This document shows positions 54,415 to 63,992 of a stretch of 64,000 bases of DNA, in pieces. The first letter of the stretch is position 1; each line of letters opens with the position of its first letter. Origin of the DNA: Gemmatimonadales bacterium (lineage in GTDB: Bacteria; Gemmatimonadota; Gemmatimonadetes; Gemmatimonadales; GWC2-71-9). The notes beneath the pieces were generated by a model that saw only the letters and a program-made list of their open reading frames with translations, searched no databases and had not been told where the DNA came from. The DNA lies in NCBI GenBank assembly GCA_041615815.1, contig JBFJCP010000004.1, positions 1 through 64,000 of the forward strand. The letters are read 5' to 3'. The position numbers were made by a program, and so were the translations under genes.

Positions 54415-56868
54415 TCATCGTCCGATCGGCGTTCCCGACGGTGGTGTCAGCGGCGCGCTGCGACCGGTGGCCTCGTCACGTCGCTGCAGGAATCGTTCGA
54501 TGTCGGACCACGCGAGCACCCGGTGGGCTTCGTCGGGTGGGCGTGTGGTGGTGCTGGACTGGATCAGCTCGGTGATGCGCCGGAGCCCCCATTCCGCTGC
54601 GGCCCGAACTTCCACGGTCGCGTCCGAGTTGGCGGCGAGGGCAATGAGCTCATCCACCACGACGCGCTCCACAACACGACGGAGTGCGGGGAGTCGCGGC
54701 TCGGGTCCTGCGCCCCACGTCCGGTCGATGAGGCGTCCTACGATCTCCTCCAATGGCGGTGCGTCGGGATCTCGGGCGGCGAAGGTGACGACGCGATGTG
54801 CCCGCTCCGGTGTCAACAGCCCGCCGACGATCATCGCGGCCAGGGTACGCGCGGCTCCTAAATGATCGAAGGCGGAGCCGGCGTCGGATCGAAACGCCCG
54901 GTCGTGCGCCGCAAATCCGAACGGTCGGGGAGCTAGATTGGCGAGAATGCGCTCCGGAATGGCGAGGGCGCTCGGGTCGAGAGCATCCAGCACGAGCTCG
55001 AGCGCGCGTCGCTGGCGGTCTGCGTCGATGATCCGCGTCACGGGGGCCTCGTCGCCCCGGAGCCCGTACCGGAACGCCATTCCTCCCACAGTCTTGATGG
55101 CAGCTTCCAGCGTATACCGGTGGTGGAGATAGACGGTGGCCAGGCGGCGGCTGAGGTTCGCATAGGGCTCACCTTCGGCCACGGCGGTCGCATCGAACGC
55201 ATCCAGCAGGGCTCGTCGCACGAAGGTGACCCGCCCGAGCTCGGCCAGCATATCCGTGCCGTTCACCCAGACACTGGCTTCGGGATACGACCCCGATGCG
55301 CCCTGGTCCGGGTTGGTGATGAATTCGAATCCCAGGGCAGCAGCCTCCTGGAGCAACGCTTGAAGGCCGCTGGCTTCCTCTTCGGGCGCGAACGGTGTGT
55401 ACGCATAGCGGATTGCCAAGGTGTCGTACGCCCCGGGGCCATCGCGATATGCCTGGGACAAATCGATGGCGCCGTTGGTGATTTGAATGAACGGGGCGGG
55501 GTAGTCCATTACGGAGGCGCGGCCGTAGCTGGTCGCGATGAAATTGTGGGCCAAGCCGAGGGTGTGTCCGACCTCGTGGGCCGAGTGCTGCCGGCGGCGG
55601 GCCATCACGAATTCCTCAGCGCCTACGGTCTGATCGAGCGAAGCGACCCAGCGGACGAGTCCGGGATCCGTGGAGAGCGCGTCGTCCGGCGTCTCTTGGT
55701 CCACAGCGGGACGGGTGCTCGCGAAGATGTCCTGGTCCACCAAGGATCGGTGAGAATCCATGCGCACGGCGGCCTTGATGATCTCGCCGGTGCGGGGGTC
55801 CACGAAGGAGGGGCCAATGGATGAGCCCGCTTCCGTGCGATGGACCCATTGGATCACGTGGTATCGGGCATCCAGGGGATCCATGTCTGGTGGCATATCC
55901 TCGATGCGGAACGCGTCGATGAAGCCCGCGGATTCGAATACGCGATTCCACCACATCGCGCCCTCACGGAAGGCGGTGCGGTACGGCTCGGGAATGGCCC
56001 GATCCATGTAGTAGACGATCGGTTCGAGGGGCTCGCTCCGGTCCGCGAGCGGATTTCGCTTCGCCAGGCGATGTCGGACGATGTAGCGGGACTCGTAGTC
56101 TTGATCGAAGGGCTTGGCGTAGTCGTTGAACACGATGGGGAACACGCCGACGCGGGGGTCGAATTGTCGGGGCCGGTAGCCGTCGTCCGGCAACTGGACG
56201 AAGGAGTGATGCTGTCGGAGTGTGACGGCGCGCCCGTCGGGTGCGTGACGGTTGATCTCCTGGGCGGGATCCGTGATAGCGAAGGTGAGTGCTGCCTCCA
56301 CCTCGGTGTTTTGCGGGAAGGCTTTGGTGCCCGCGAGGTAGATGGTGCTCCGCTGTGCATCCAGCCGGACGCCGCGATTGTCTCGCTCCAGCGTGGCCCC
56401 GACGTTCATGACGTCGGTGAGAAAATAGTCCGTGGCATCGACGAGCACGCGCCCACTCTGCTCGGCGACGATGTCAAAAGACGCGAGGGTGGATACGGGG
56501 AACGACTCGACGACGGAGCGGCGGAGCGCGTCGTTGCCGCTCGTCGCCCGGTATCGGGGGTTCTGGAGCACGAAGAGTATGCGTGGGCCAACCCGCTCGA
56601 ATCGGCCGAGTTGCTCGTCGCCGATCATCCCACGGTCCAAGCCGAGGCTCCGAGATCCGATGCCCGTGACGAGCGATGTGAGATAGAGAAACTCGCGCTG
56701 CACGTCCGGGATCTCGAGGAACAGGCGGCCCTTTGCCGCGTCCCAGTAGAGGGAATAAAAGCCGCTGTGGCGTTGCATCCCTCTCGTGTATTCGTCGATC
56801 GACTGTTGAGCCTGAGCAGGAGCGATGGCCAGGGCGACGGCGGAGAGAACGAGGCTCACTCGAATCAT
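54415..56868 (-). CDS. Zinc-dependent metalloprotease (DUF5117/EcxA-like metzincin)
   Basis: AHEVGHTLGLAHNF, SVMDYP Met-turn, DPRTGEII; signal peptide; GGAGG SD. Confidence 0.9.
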   Translation of the reverse strand: MIRVSLVLSAVALAIAPAQAQQSIDEYTRGMQRHSGFYSLYWDAAKGRLFLEIPDVQREFLYLTSLVTGIGSRSLGLDRGMIGDEQLGRFERVGPRILFVLQNPRYRATSGNDALRRSVVESFPVSTLASFDIVAEQSGRVLVDATDYFLTDVMNVGATLERDNRGVRLDAQRSTIYLAGTKAFPQNTEVEAALTFAITDPAQEINRHAPDGRAVTLRQHHSFVQLPDDGYRPRQFDPRVGVFPIVFNDYAKPFDQDYESRYIVRHRLAKRNPLADRSEPLEPIVYYMDRAIPEPYRTAFREGAMWWNRVFESAGFIDAFRIEDMPPDMDPLDARYHVIQWVHRTEAGSSIGPSFVDPRTGEIIKAAVRMDSHRSLVDQDIFASTRPAVDQETPDDALSTDPGLVRWVASLDQTVGAEEFVMARRRQHSAHEVGHTLGLAHNFIATSYGRASVMDYPAPFIQITNGAIDLSQAYRDGPGAYDTLAIRYAYTPFAPEEEASGLQALLQEAAALGFEFITNPDQGASGSYPEASVWVNGTDMLAELGRVTFVRRALLDAFDATAVAEGEPYANLSRRLATVYLHHRYTLEAAIKTVGGMAFRYGLRGDEAPVTRIIDADRQRRALELVLDALDPSALAIPERILANLAPRPFGFAAHDRAFRSDAGSAFDHLGAARTLAAMIVGGLLTPERAHRVVTFAARDPDAPPLEEIVGRLIDRTWGAGPEPRLPALRRVVERVVVDELIALAANSDATVEVRAAAEWGLRRITELIQSSTTTRPPDEAHRVLAWSDIERFLQRRDEATGRSAPLTPPSGTPIGR

Positions 56869-57020
56869 GATTCCTCCAAAGGGCGCTTCGCGGCTTGCTG
56901 GGAGGGATGGGCGGGCGACGGGGATTGTGGAAAATGTCACTCCCGCCCCCCAAATGCCCTATTATAGGTAGTCCGACGGTCGGCTCGCGAGAGCCCAGCG
57001 ATTGCCCACCGGAGGTCCCA

Positions 57021-57551
57021 ATGTCCCATTCACCGTTGACGGTGGCCGGCATGGCCATCGGTCTCCTGGTCGTCTTGCCCCAGATGAGTGAGGCGCAAGA
57101 TCGCCATCCCCACAGTGAGCCCTTCCCCGGCCACATCGCCGAGCTCGGGCTCCGGACCGGGTACGACGCGCAGCTTGGCGTGGCGAGCGCGGGCGGACAA
57201 TTGCGATTCCCACTGGGGCTGTTCGTGGAGATTCTCGCCAGTGGCGACTACTTCCTCTCGGAGGGGGTGAGTCAGTGGCAGGCCAACGCGGACGCGGGGT
57301 TTCGACCGCTGCCCACGGAGTTGATCTATGGAGGGATCGGGCTTTCCATAGCCCGCCGCGTCCTAGAGCCGCAGGAGCGTCCCGGACCGCTTACCCGCCC
57401 GGGTGTGAATCTTCTGGGTGGAATCGCCACGCCCCGCCAACTGCGGTCCAGCATTCGCCCGTACGCCGAAGCCCGATGGACCTTCATCCGGGACTATGAC
57501 AGGCAGTTCAGTCTCGTTGGCGGGATCAACGTCAGATTGGGCAAGCGCTAG
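57021..57551 (+). CDS. Small outer-membrane beta-barrel protein
   Basis: GGAGG SD; signal peptide; beta-strands, RPYAEARWT, C-terminal VGGINVRL. Confidence 0.7.
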   Translation: MSHSPLTVAGMAIGLLVVLPQMSEAQDRHPHSEPFPGHIAELGLRTGYDAQLGVASAGGQLRFPLGLFVEILASGDYFLSEGVSQWQANADAGFRPLPTELIYGGIGLSIARRVLEPQERPGPLTRPGVNLLGGIATPRQLRSSIRPYAEARWTFIRDYDRQFSLVGGINVRLGKR

Positions 57552-58081
57552 TCCCGATGGAGCGGCGCGGCCAACAAGATCTGGCCCTGGAGCGTGGGCG
57601 GGATCAGCACGCGGTCGATCAAGTGGATCACGCCGTTGGAAGCCCCGATGTCGGTCTGGAGGATCGCGGCATTTTCGATCCGCGGTCCCCCAGACGTGCT
57701 CAACGTGATCGTCTGGCGCGTGGCCGTAAGGAGCTGGCCACCGACATCGAAATCGTTACTGAAGACCAGCACCACCGATATGTGATACCCGGCCACCTGG
57801 AACGCCACGGCGGGATCCGCGAAGATCGTGTCGCGAGTGGACGCGGCCAGTGCGGCAAACGCATCGTCGGTGGGCGCGAAGACGGTGAATGGTCCCTCAT
57901 CTTGCAGCGAGGTCTCGAGGATCGTGCCCTCGAGCGCCGACGCAAGACTGGTGGTGTTGGTGAGAGATCGGAGCGCTTCGAGCAGCGTGAGGTCTTCGGT
58001 GCCGAACGGGTCACTGTTGCAGGCTAGGCTCGCGCCAATTGCTGCCAGCGCCGCGAGCTGGGCGAATCGCTTGGATCCCAT
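57548..58081 (-). CDS. Fasciclin-domain lipoprotein
   Basis: Lipobox SLAC; PFTVFAPTDDAF; ASNGVIHLIDRVL. Confidence 0.92.
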   Translation of the reverse strand: MGSKRFAQLAALAAIGASLACNSDPFGTEDLTLLEALRSLTNTTSLASALEGTILETSLQDEGPFTVFAPTDDAFAALAASTRDTIFADPAVAFQVAGYHISVVLVFSNDFDVGGQLLTATRQTITLSTSGGPRIENAAILQTDIGASNGVIHLIDRVLIPPTLQGQILLAAPLHRD

Positions 58082-58214
58082 CTTCCACCTTGTCACCGGA
58101 CGGTCGTGAGGTTGAAGGCTGGCCAGGTGTTGGAAGCATGTCAACCGGGCGGTCATCGAGGCTTGCCCGAGGTTCACGATGTCATCAGCTTAGAGGCGCT
58201 CTGGGAGCCAAAAG

Positions 58215-59231
58215 GTGACTGCCGCGATCCTCGTCCTACTCGTCGTCCTCGTCGTGCTCGTGGGCTTCCTCCTGCTCCAACTACGGGCGGCGTCGCCGGC
58301 GACCGCGACGATTCTCCAGCAACAACTGATTGAGGTGCGGGCACGGCTCGATGCCTTGGTAGAAGCCCAGCGCGAGCTTCCGACTACCGTCACCAGCGGG
58401 AATCTCGAACAAGCCCGTGCCCTCGCCGATGTGCGCGAGCGAATGGCACAGCTCACAGAGGTCACGCGGCGCTTGGAGCAGGTGGGCGAATCCGTCTCCG
58501 AGGTTCACGAGCTGCTGCGGGTCCCGAAGTTGCGCGGCAATCTCGGTGAGGTGTGGTTGGAAGAGTTACTGCGGCAGGTGTTCCCGAGCTCACTCTACTC
58601 GACACAGTACTCGTTCACAACCGGTGAGCGGGTGGACGCCGTCCTCCGGGTGGGGGATCGTCTGGTATCCATCGATGCGAAGTTTCCTCTCGAAGCGTGC
58701 CAGCGTATGGCGGCTGGAGACGATCAGGACCGGCTACGGAGCGCGTTTCGTCGGTCGCTGAAGCAACGCATCGATGAGATCGCCGCCAAGTACATCCGTC
58801 CCGAAGAAGGGACCTATGGGTTCGCCATGATGTATGTCCCGGCGGAAGCGGTGTACTACGAGGCCATCGTGCGGGGTGAGGATTTGGAGGATGGCGCGAG
58901 TGTCATGGCCTACGCCTTGAATCGACGTGTGATCATCGTTTCCCCCAACACGTTTTACGCCTATCTGGTCGCTCTCCTGCACGGGCTGCGTGGTCTCGAG
59001 GTGGATCAGCGAGCGCAGGAGATCTTGAACGCCCTCGTGGGCGTGCAGCAACAAGTGGAGCGGTTCCAACGGTCGTTCGACGTGTTGGGCCGACACCTCG
59101 AACACGCGGGACGGCAGCACAGTGCCTCGCGGCGGCAACTCCAGCGCCTCCAAGACGTCCTCGCTCAGCTTGGTGGTGTCGAGCTGTCCGGCGACCACCC
59201 GGCGCTCAGGGTCGAGGAGGGTGGGAGATGA
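58215..59231 (+). CDS. rmuC: DNA recombination protein RmuC
   Basis: N-terminal TM and coiled coil; RGNLGEVWLE, IDAKFP, IAAKYI, AMMYVPAE, VSPNT. Confidence 0.92.
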   Translation: MTAAILVLLVVLVVLVGFLLLQLRAASPATATILQQQLIEVRARLDALVEAQRELPTTVTSGNLEQARALADVRERMAQLTEVTRRLEQVGESVSEVHELLRVPKLRGNLGEVWLEELLRQVFPSSLYSTQYSFTTGERVDAVLRVGDRLVSIDAKFPLEACQRMAAGDDQDRLRSAFRRSLKQRIDEIAAKYIRPEEGTYGFAMMYVPAEAVYYEAIVRGEDLEDGASVMAYALNRRVIIVSPNTFYAYLVALLHGLRGLEVDQRAQEILNALVGVQQQVERFQRSFDVLGRHLEHAGRQHSASRRQLQRLQDVLAQLGGVELSGDHPALRVEEGGR

Positions 59232-59890
59232 GTCTAGTCCTTCAGGTCGCCATCGCCTTTGCCGCCGCCAGTCTCCTGCTGTTTCTCCTGGGCATCGTCG
59301 CGGTCCGCAAGCGCCGCTATCTGCTCGTAGGCATGCTCCTCATGCTGGCCGTCCTCTCGATGTCCGTGGCTGGTCTCTGCGCCACGATCAGCGTGGCCAC
59401 ACGAGGCTATCGGGCCCTCACGCATGAGGAGGTGGCCGCCGTTGTCGAGACCCGGCCCACGGGACCCCAGAGCTTCGCCGCCGACTTTGCATTCGCGGAC
59501 GGGCGAACGGCCACCTACACGTTGAATGGCGAGGAATTGTACGTCGACGCCCACATCCTGAAATGGAAACCCATTGCCAATCTGCTGGGTCTCCATACGG
59601 CCTACGAGCTGGACCGCGTGGCCGGGCGCTACACCGACCTCGAGGACGAGCAGACGCTACCCCGATCGGTGTTCTCGATTGCCGAAGAGAAACCGGTCGA
59701 CATGTTCGACCTGCGCCGGCGGTTGTTGCTGTTCCGGCCACTGGTGGACGCGGAATACGGATCCGCGACGTTCATTCTGGCCAATCGCCCCGCCCGATAC
59801 GAGATCCGGGTGAGCACGACGGGCCTCCTGGTACGACCGGCCCCACCCACGCCATCGGAGCCGCAGGGTGAGCCACGAAGTGGCGGGTGA
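59228..59890 (+). CDS. Hypothetical membrane protein
   Basis: Two N-terminal TMs; YRALT, VDAHILKW, LDRVAGRY, VDAEYGSATF; ATGA overlap with rmuC. Confidence 0.78.
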   Translation: MSLVLQVAIAFAAASLLLFLLGIVAVRKRRYLLVGMLLMLAVLSMSVAGLCATISVATRGYRALTHEEVAAVVETRPTGPQSFAADFAFADGRTATYTLNGEELYVDAHILKWKPIANLLGLHTAYELDRVAGRYTDLEDEQTLPRSVFSIAEEKPVDMFDLRRRLLLFRPLVDAEYGSATFILANRPARYEIRVSTTGLLVRPAPPTPSEPQGEPRSGG

Positions 59891-59893
59891 GTC

Positions 59894-60613
59894 TCAGTTT
59901 GAATGGAACACGACCAGCTGCGGACGGTTGGCCGCGACGGAATTGTTGCGTGAGTCGAATCGCTTCGCCGTCGTCTGCCCCCCTTCGTCTCCAATGACAA
60001 TCCACCCAAAGTTGTTGCCAGGATCGATCCGCCAGCCCTCCACGTCGGCCGTCATCGTCGCAGACCGCCAGCTGTAGGATCCCGTGGATAGCACCTCGGT
60101 GACAGCGCTCGCCGTGGGATCGAAGTCGCCTCCGGGCGTCGTCCACAACGTGCCGTCGTGAAACGTGTGCAGCCACGTGGCGTCACCGGCGGCCGCCCGC
60201 GCGCCCATGCCCTCCGCGCCTCCGGCGTCCGAGCCGGCCTCGCCCCAGTCCGCTTGGAGCCGATGAAGTCGAATCATCACCGGCCCCGCGATGGTTCGAC
60301 CCATCCGCATGGTCAGCCGTACGCTATCGATGGTGGCGCCAGATGGGATACCCCCGCCCGCGATATCGAAACGCAGTAGGGCACGTCGCAGCGCTCCCTG
60401 GTTGGTCGCGCTCGTGGCGCCGGCAAACATGAACTCTCCGGCACCGTTGCTCAGGGTATCGCTCTCGGCGTAGAGCGTGTTGTCTCGATCCGGAGACAGC
60501 GTGACGGCGTTGGCGGGTGGCGGCCCATTCCCCGGTGGGGACGTGGGATCACCACTGCAAGCGGTGGACATCCAGACCACTGACACAATAGCAATGGTTC
60601 GGGCGTGAATCAC
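59894..60613 (-). CDS. DNRLRE-domain lipoprotein
   Basis: Lipobox STAC; RRALLRFD, ATIDSVRLT, WTTPGGDF, NNFGW, RPQLVV; start uncertain. Confidence 0.78.
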   Translation of the reverse strand: MIHARTIAIVSVVWMSTACSGDPTSPPGNGPPPANAVTLSPDRDNTLYAESDTLSNGAGEFMFAGATSATNQGALRRALLRFDIAGGGIPSGATIDSVRLTMRMGRTIAGPVMIRLHRLQADWGEAGSDAGGAEGMGARAAAGDATWLHTFHDGTLWTTPGGDFDPTASAVTEVLSTGSYSWRSATMTADVEGWRIDPGNNFGWIVIGDEGGQTTAKRFDSRNNSVAANRPQLVVFHSN

Positions 60614-61617
60614 GAATCGTTCTGCGTCCGGGATCGTCCTGCGCTTTGCCCAATGTCCGTATGATTTCCGGGTCGTAGCGTCGGAACTCGGTTCCGTAAT
60701 CGTTTGGCGCATCCGATCTCTCGGGTTAGGGTCGGTGATCTCGGTCGGTCTCGATTGGCGAAGGTTACCTTCAAATCAGAGGAGACGGTACGCCGACACG
60801 GACGTCGTATGCTGTGAGGATTGTCACGCTGCCGATTTGATTCGCCGCCGCTTCGCTCCGCGCCCGAGCTCAGCGTGTCGTCCAGCGGACCGATTCTTTC
60901 TCGCGATGGGTGCCGCATGGTGCCTCCTGTTGGAGCATTGAACCGGCGCCAACGGAAACCCGTACGAGCATGAACTCCTTCGATTCCGCGAAGCGGAAGT
61001 CGGTTCCGCGTGGGTTTATGAAACCGGTGGTCTGATCACGATGAAGGAAGCGCGAGCACGGGGCGTTCGTGGTTTTGAAGGCGTCCACTGCCGTCGTAAC
61101 GGTCGTGACGAACCCGTTCGCATGCGCTTCCCACCGCAGAATCGGAGCGTGCGTCGGTTCATCGGAACAGTCGTTGGGGCGGTGGCGCCAGTTGGTACGT
61201 CGGCTTCGACGGGAGATATGTGAAGCAACAGCGAGGGTAGAGGCACGAAGTGGGGGAGCACGACGCGCAGTGGCCACCCCCGAGTTCCCGGTGGCGGACT
61301 GGGCATCATGTCCCGATCGATCCTCCTCACCGCTCCCCCCGGATCGCTCACTCTTCCCTGCTGTCGCGGTAGAGCGTCGGTGCCAGCGCCGGTCGTCCGG
61401 CCAGGCGGGCCGCGGTGGCTGGGGTCACCTCCAACGGGGGCACGCACCGGCACCGGCACGGCTGGGGTCGAGTTTCGTGGTTCACGCGGACCTCCCGTGG
61501 GTGGCTGGACCGTCGCCCACTCCGCTGCAAGGACATGGGACTGGAGTACGGCTGGGGCAGCAGTCAACCGTCGGTCTCCATACGATGGCCCGGATGAGAA
61601 TGATAAACTTCGAATAC

Positions 61618-61642
61618 ATGTGATTGTTATATACAACTATAT
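61618..61642. promoter_or_regulatory. Second putative MarR operator
   Basis: ATGTGATTG-N7-CAACTATAT: one perfect half-site and one 6/9 half-site of the 62190-62214 palindrome; contains TATAGT on the minus strand. Confidence 0.6.
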
Positions 61643-61666
61643 TGTCCGAACAAAGACGCCCGTCCC

Positions 61667-62191
61667 TCATACGGAATCCACCGTGCAGCAGGCTCCCCCG
61701 CTCGTATCCACGCGGGCAGCGGCTGCCCGAGCCATGCGGCTGATGAGCGCCGTCATCGCAGCTCGGATCTCGGGGTCGAAATCGCTCAGCAGGCGCTTGC
61801 AGTCGGCCAACAGATCCTGCTGGATCTCGGCGCAGAACCGCCGGCCGGTCTCCGTGGCGTGGAGGAGGACGGCGCGCCCGTCCCGGGGATGCGACGTCTT
61901 GGCGACATACCCCTTCTTGACCAACCCAGCCACCACGCGGCTGGCGGTGCTCTTCTCGATGTAGAGGGCGGCGGACAGCGCGTTCAGGGTGAGTGGGCCT
62001 CGCTCGAGAACCGCTTCGAGGGCATGACATTGGGTGGCGGAAATCTCCCGGTCGCAAAGACAGTCGCGATTCCGGAACTGCAGCACCCGGACGAGCTCCG
62101 TCAGCGCATCTCGTAGGGTTTCGCCCTCGCGATCTAGGCTCGCGTCTGCGGGCCGGGTTATTGCGTCCGCGCTCACCATGACTGGGTCCAT
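61667..62191 (-). CDS. MarR-family transcriptional regulator, Cys-rich
   Basis: wHTH EKSTASRVVAGLVKKGYV, DGRAVLLHATETG; DCLC..QC and C-terminal CC; start 62191 or 62179. Confidence 0.9.
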   Translation of the reverse strand: MDPVMVSADAITRPADASLDREGETLRDALTELVRVLQFRNRDCLCDREISATQCHALEAVLERGPLTLNALSAALYIEKSTASRVVAGLVKKGYVAKTSHPRDGRAVLLHATETGRRFCAEIQQDLLADCKRLLSDFDPEIRAAMTALISRMARAAAARVDTSGGACCTVDSV

Positions 62192-62236
62192 ATAGTTGGT
62201 AACAACAACTATATTTGGGTCGCTGGGGCGCGTCAA
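62190..62236 (-). promoter_or_regulatory. Sigma70 promoter of marR overlapped by an operator palindrome
   Basis: Minus strand TTGACG (62236-62231), 17-bp spacer, TATAGT (62213-62208); perfect IR ATATAGTTG-N7-CAACTATAT at 62190-62214. Confidence 0.78.
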
Positions 62237-62415
62237 GGGGCCAAGGGATCCGGATGGAGGTCCCGAAACGCCGCAGCCGGCCCGGGAGGGTCGTGGGTGG
62301 GTAGCGGCGTGGAAGTTGCTACTCTCGGTCTGTGAAGGGGTATTAATCCCTACAGGTGTGGACTCTTGGGCGCGGTTTGGCTAGGATTGGCGCCTGACAA
62401 CAGAGCTTTCGGACC

Positions 62416-63822
62416 ATGTCCAGATCCGCTACGACTTCGCAAGACGCGGCCGCCCGTCCCTCGGCCGGCGCCGCGCCCTTCGCCCACGGCGGCGAGGACC
62501 TCAATCCCTATCACATTGCCCAGCAGCAATTCGATCGAGCCGCCCGGTACATTCCTGGGCTCGAGAATGGGCTCGCCGACTTCTTGAAGCGGCCCTCCCG
62601 AACGGTCACGGTCGAGTTCCCCATCGAGACGTCGGACGGGGCAGTCCGCATGTTCATCGGGTATCGGGTGCTGCACAGCTCGATCCGGGGTCCGGGCAAG
62701 GGCGGGATTCGGTACCATCCGGACGTCACCGACGACGAGGTGCGGGCGTTGGCGTCCTGGATGACTTGGAAGTGCGCCGTCGTGGACGTGCCCTTCGGTG
62801 GTGCGAAAGGTGGCGTCGTGTGCAATCCGAAGGAGCTCACCGATGCCGACATTCGGAAGATCACGCGTCGGTTCATCGCGGCGCTCGGGGACACGATTGG
62901 GCCGCATACCGATATCCCGGCACCGGACGTCAACACCGATTCCGGCACGATGGCCCGGATTTACGATACGTATCAGATGATGCATCCGGGCGACAACAGC
63001 TTGCCGGTGGTGACCGGGAAGCCTGTCGATCTCGGCGGTTCGTTGGGCCGTCGGGAAGCTACCGCCCGGGGATCCCTCTTTGCGACGCAGCGTGCGTTGG
63101 CGCGCGGCGTGGTTCCTGGGCTCGAGTCGGTGGAAGGTGCGACCATAGCGATCCAGGGGTATGGCAATGCCGGCTCGATTGCCGCCGAGCTGTTCACGGA
63201 AGCTGGGGGCAAGGTGATTGCCGTGAGCGATTCCCGAGGTGGCATCCTCTCAGAGGAGGGTCTGGATCCGCGAGCGGTGTTCGAGCACAAGAAACGAACG
63301 GGCTCAGTGGTAGGATTCCCGGGGACTACGTCGGTCAGCAACGATGAGATCATTGCCGTTCCTTGCGATATTCTGATTCCCGCCGCGCTGGAGAATCAGA
63401 TTCGTGGTGACAACGCAGCAACTGTGCGGGCTCGTCTCGTGGTCGAGGCCGCCAATGGGCCGACGACGCCCGCGGGCGATGAGGTGCTCTTCGGTCGCGG
63501 CATTCCGGTGCTCCCGGACATCCTGGCGAACGCCGGAGGTGTGACCGTGAGCTACTTCGAGTGGGTCCAGAACATCAACAACGAGCAGTGGGACGAAGAC
63601 GAGGTCAACGAGAAGCTCCGGCGGAAAATGGAACGGGCCACCGATGCCGTCATCGACACGCAGCAGCAGATAAAGGATTCGCTCGAGTCGCTCGAAGCAG
63701 ACCGTGTGCGGCGTGGGGTGAATGGTAGCCCCTTGGCACCGGTGGATCTGCGAACGGCCGCGTTCATTCTTGCCGTGGGGCGGGTCTCACGGGTGACGAT
63801 CGAACGAGGCATCTGGCCCTAA
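62416..63822 (+). CDS. gdhA: Glutamate dehydrogenase (Glu/Leu/Phe/Val dehydrogenase family)
   Basis: GPGKGGIRYHP, MTWKC, GGAKGG, DIPAPD, QGYGNAG, EAANGP, ANAGGVTVSYFEW. Confidence 0.95.
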   Translation: MSRSATTSQDAAARPSAGAAPFAHGGEDLNPYHIAQQQFDRAARYIPGLENGLADFLKRPSRTVTVEFPIETSDGAVRMFIGYRVLHSSIRGPGKGGIRYHPDVTDDEVRALASWMTWKCAVVDVPFGGAKGGVVCNPKELTDADIRKITRRFIAALGDTIGPHTDIPAPDVNTDSGTMARIYDTYQMMHPGDNSLPVVTGKPVDLGGSLGRREATARGSLFATQRALARGVVPGLESVEGATIAIQGYGNAGSIAAELFTEAGGKVIAVSDSRGGILSEEGLDPRAVFEHKKRTGSVVGFPGTTSVSNDEIIAVPCDILIPAALENQIRGDNAATVRARLVVEAANGPTTPAGDEVLFGRGIPVLPDILANAGGVTVSYFEWVQNINNEQWDEDEVNEKLRRKMERATDAVIDTQQQIKDSLESLEADRVRRGVNGSPLAPVDLRTAAFILAVGRVSRVTIERGIWP

Positions 63823-63828
63823 TCCCGA

Positions 63829-63992
63829 GGGAAGGCGAGAAAGTCCGGCGGTCGGAGGGTTCGAAGTCGTTCAGCGAGGGCGTGACCCTGGGGGGGCCAC
63901 GCCCTCGCCGCATGATTGGGGGTTCGAGACCCGACGTGCCGTGGCGCCCCCCGTCCCACCGTCGAACCTTCCAGCCTTCCAACCTTCCCTCT
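63829..63992. repeat. Degenerate 8-bp tandem repeats in inverted arrangement
   Basis: aaggcgag aaagtccg gcggtcgg agggttcg facing ccgtcgaa ccttccag ccttccaa ccttccc. Confidence 0.6.

Noticed and set aside
58215..59231. RmuC as a defence nuclease or island marker
   Set aside because: Widespread housekeeping-type gene; no methylase, integrase or compositional shift nearby.
60870..61277. 135-aa minus ORF as an ArsN-like GNAT acetyltransferase
   Set aside because: Only a faint resemblance (EAHANGF..LH..GF); no acetyl-CoA-binding motif; not supportable without a search.
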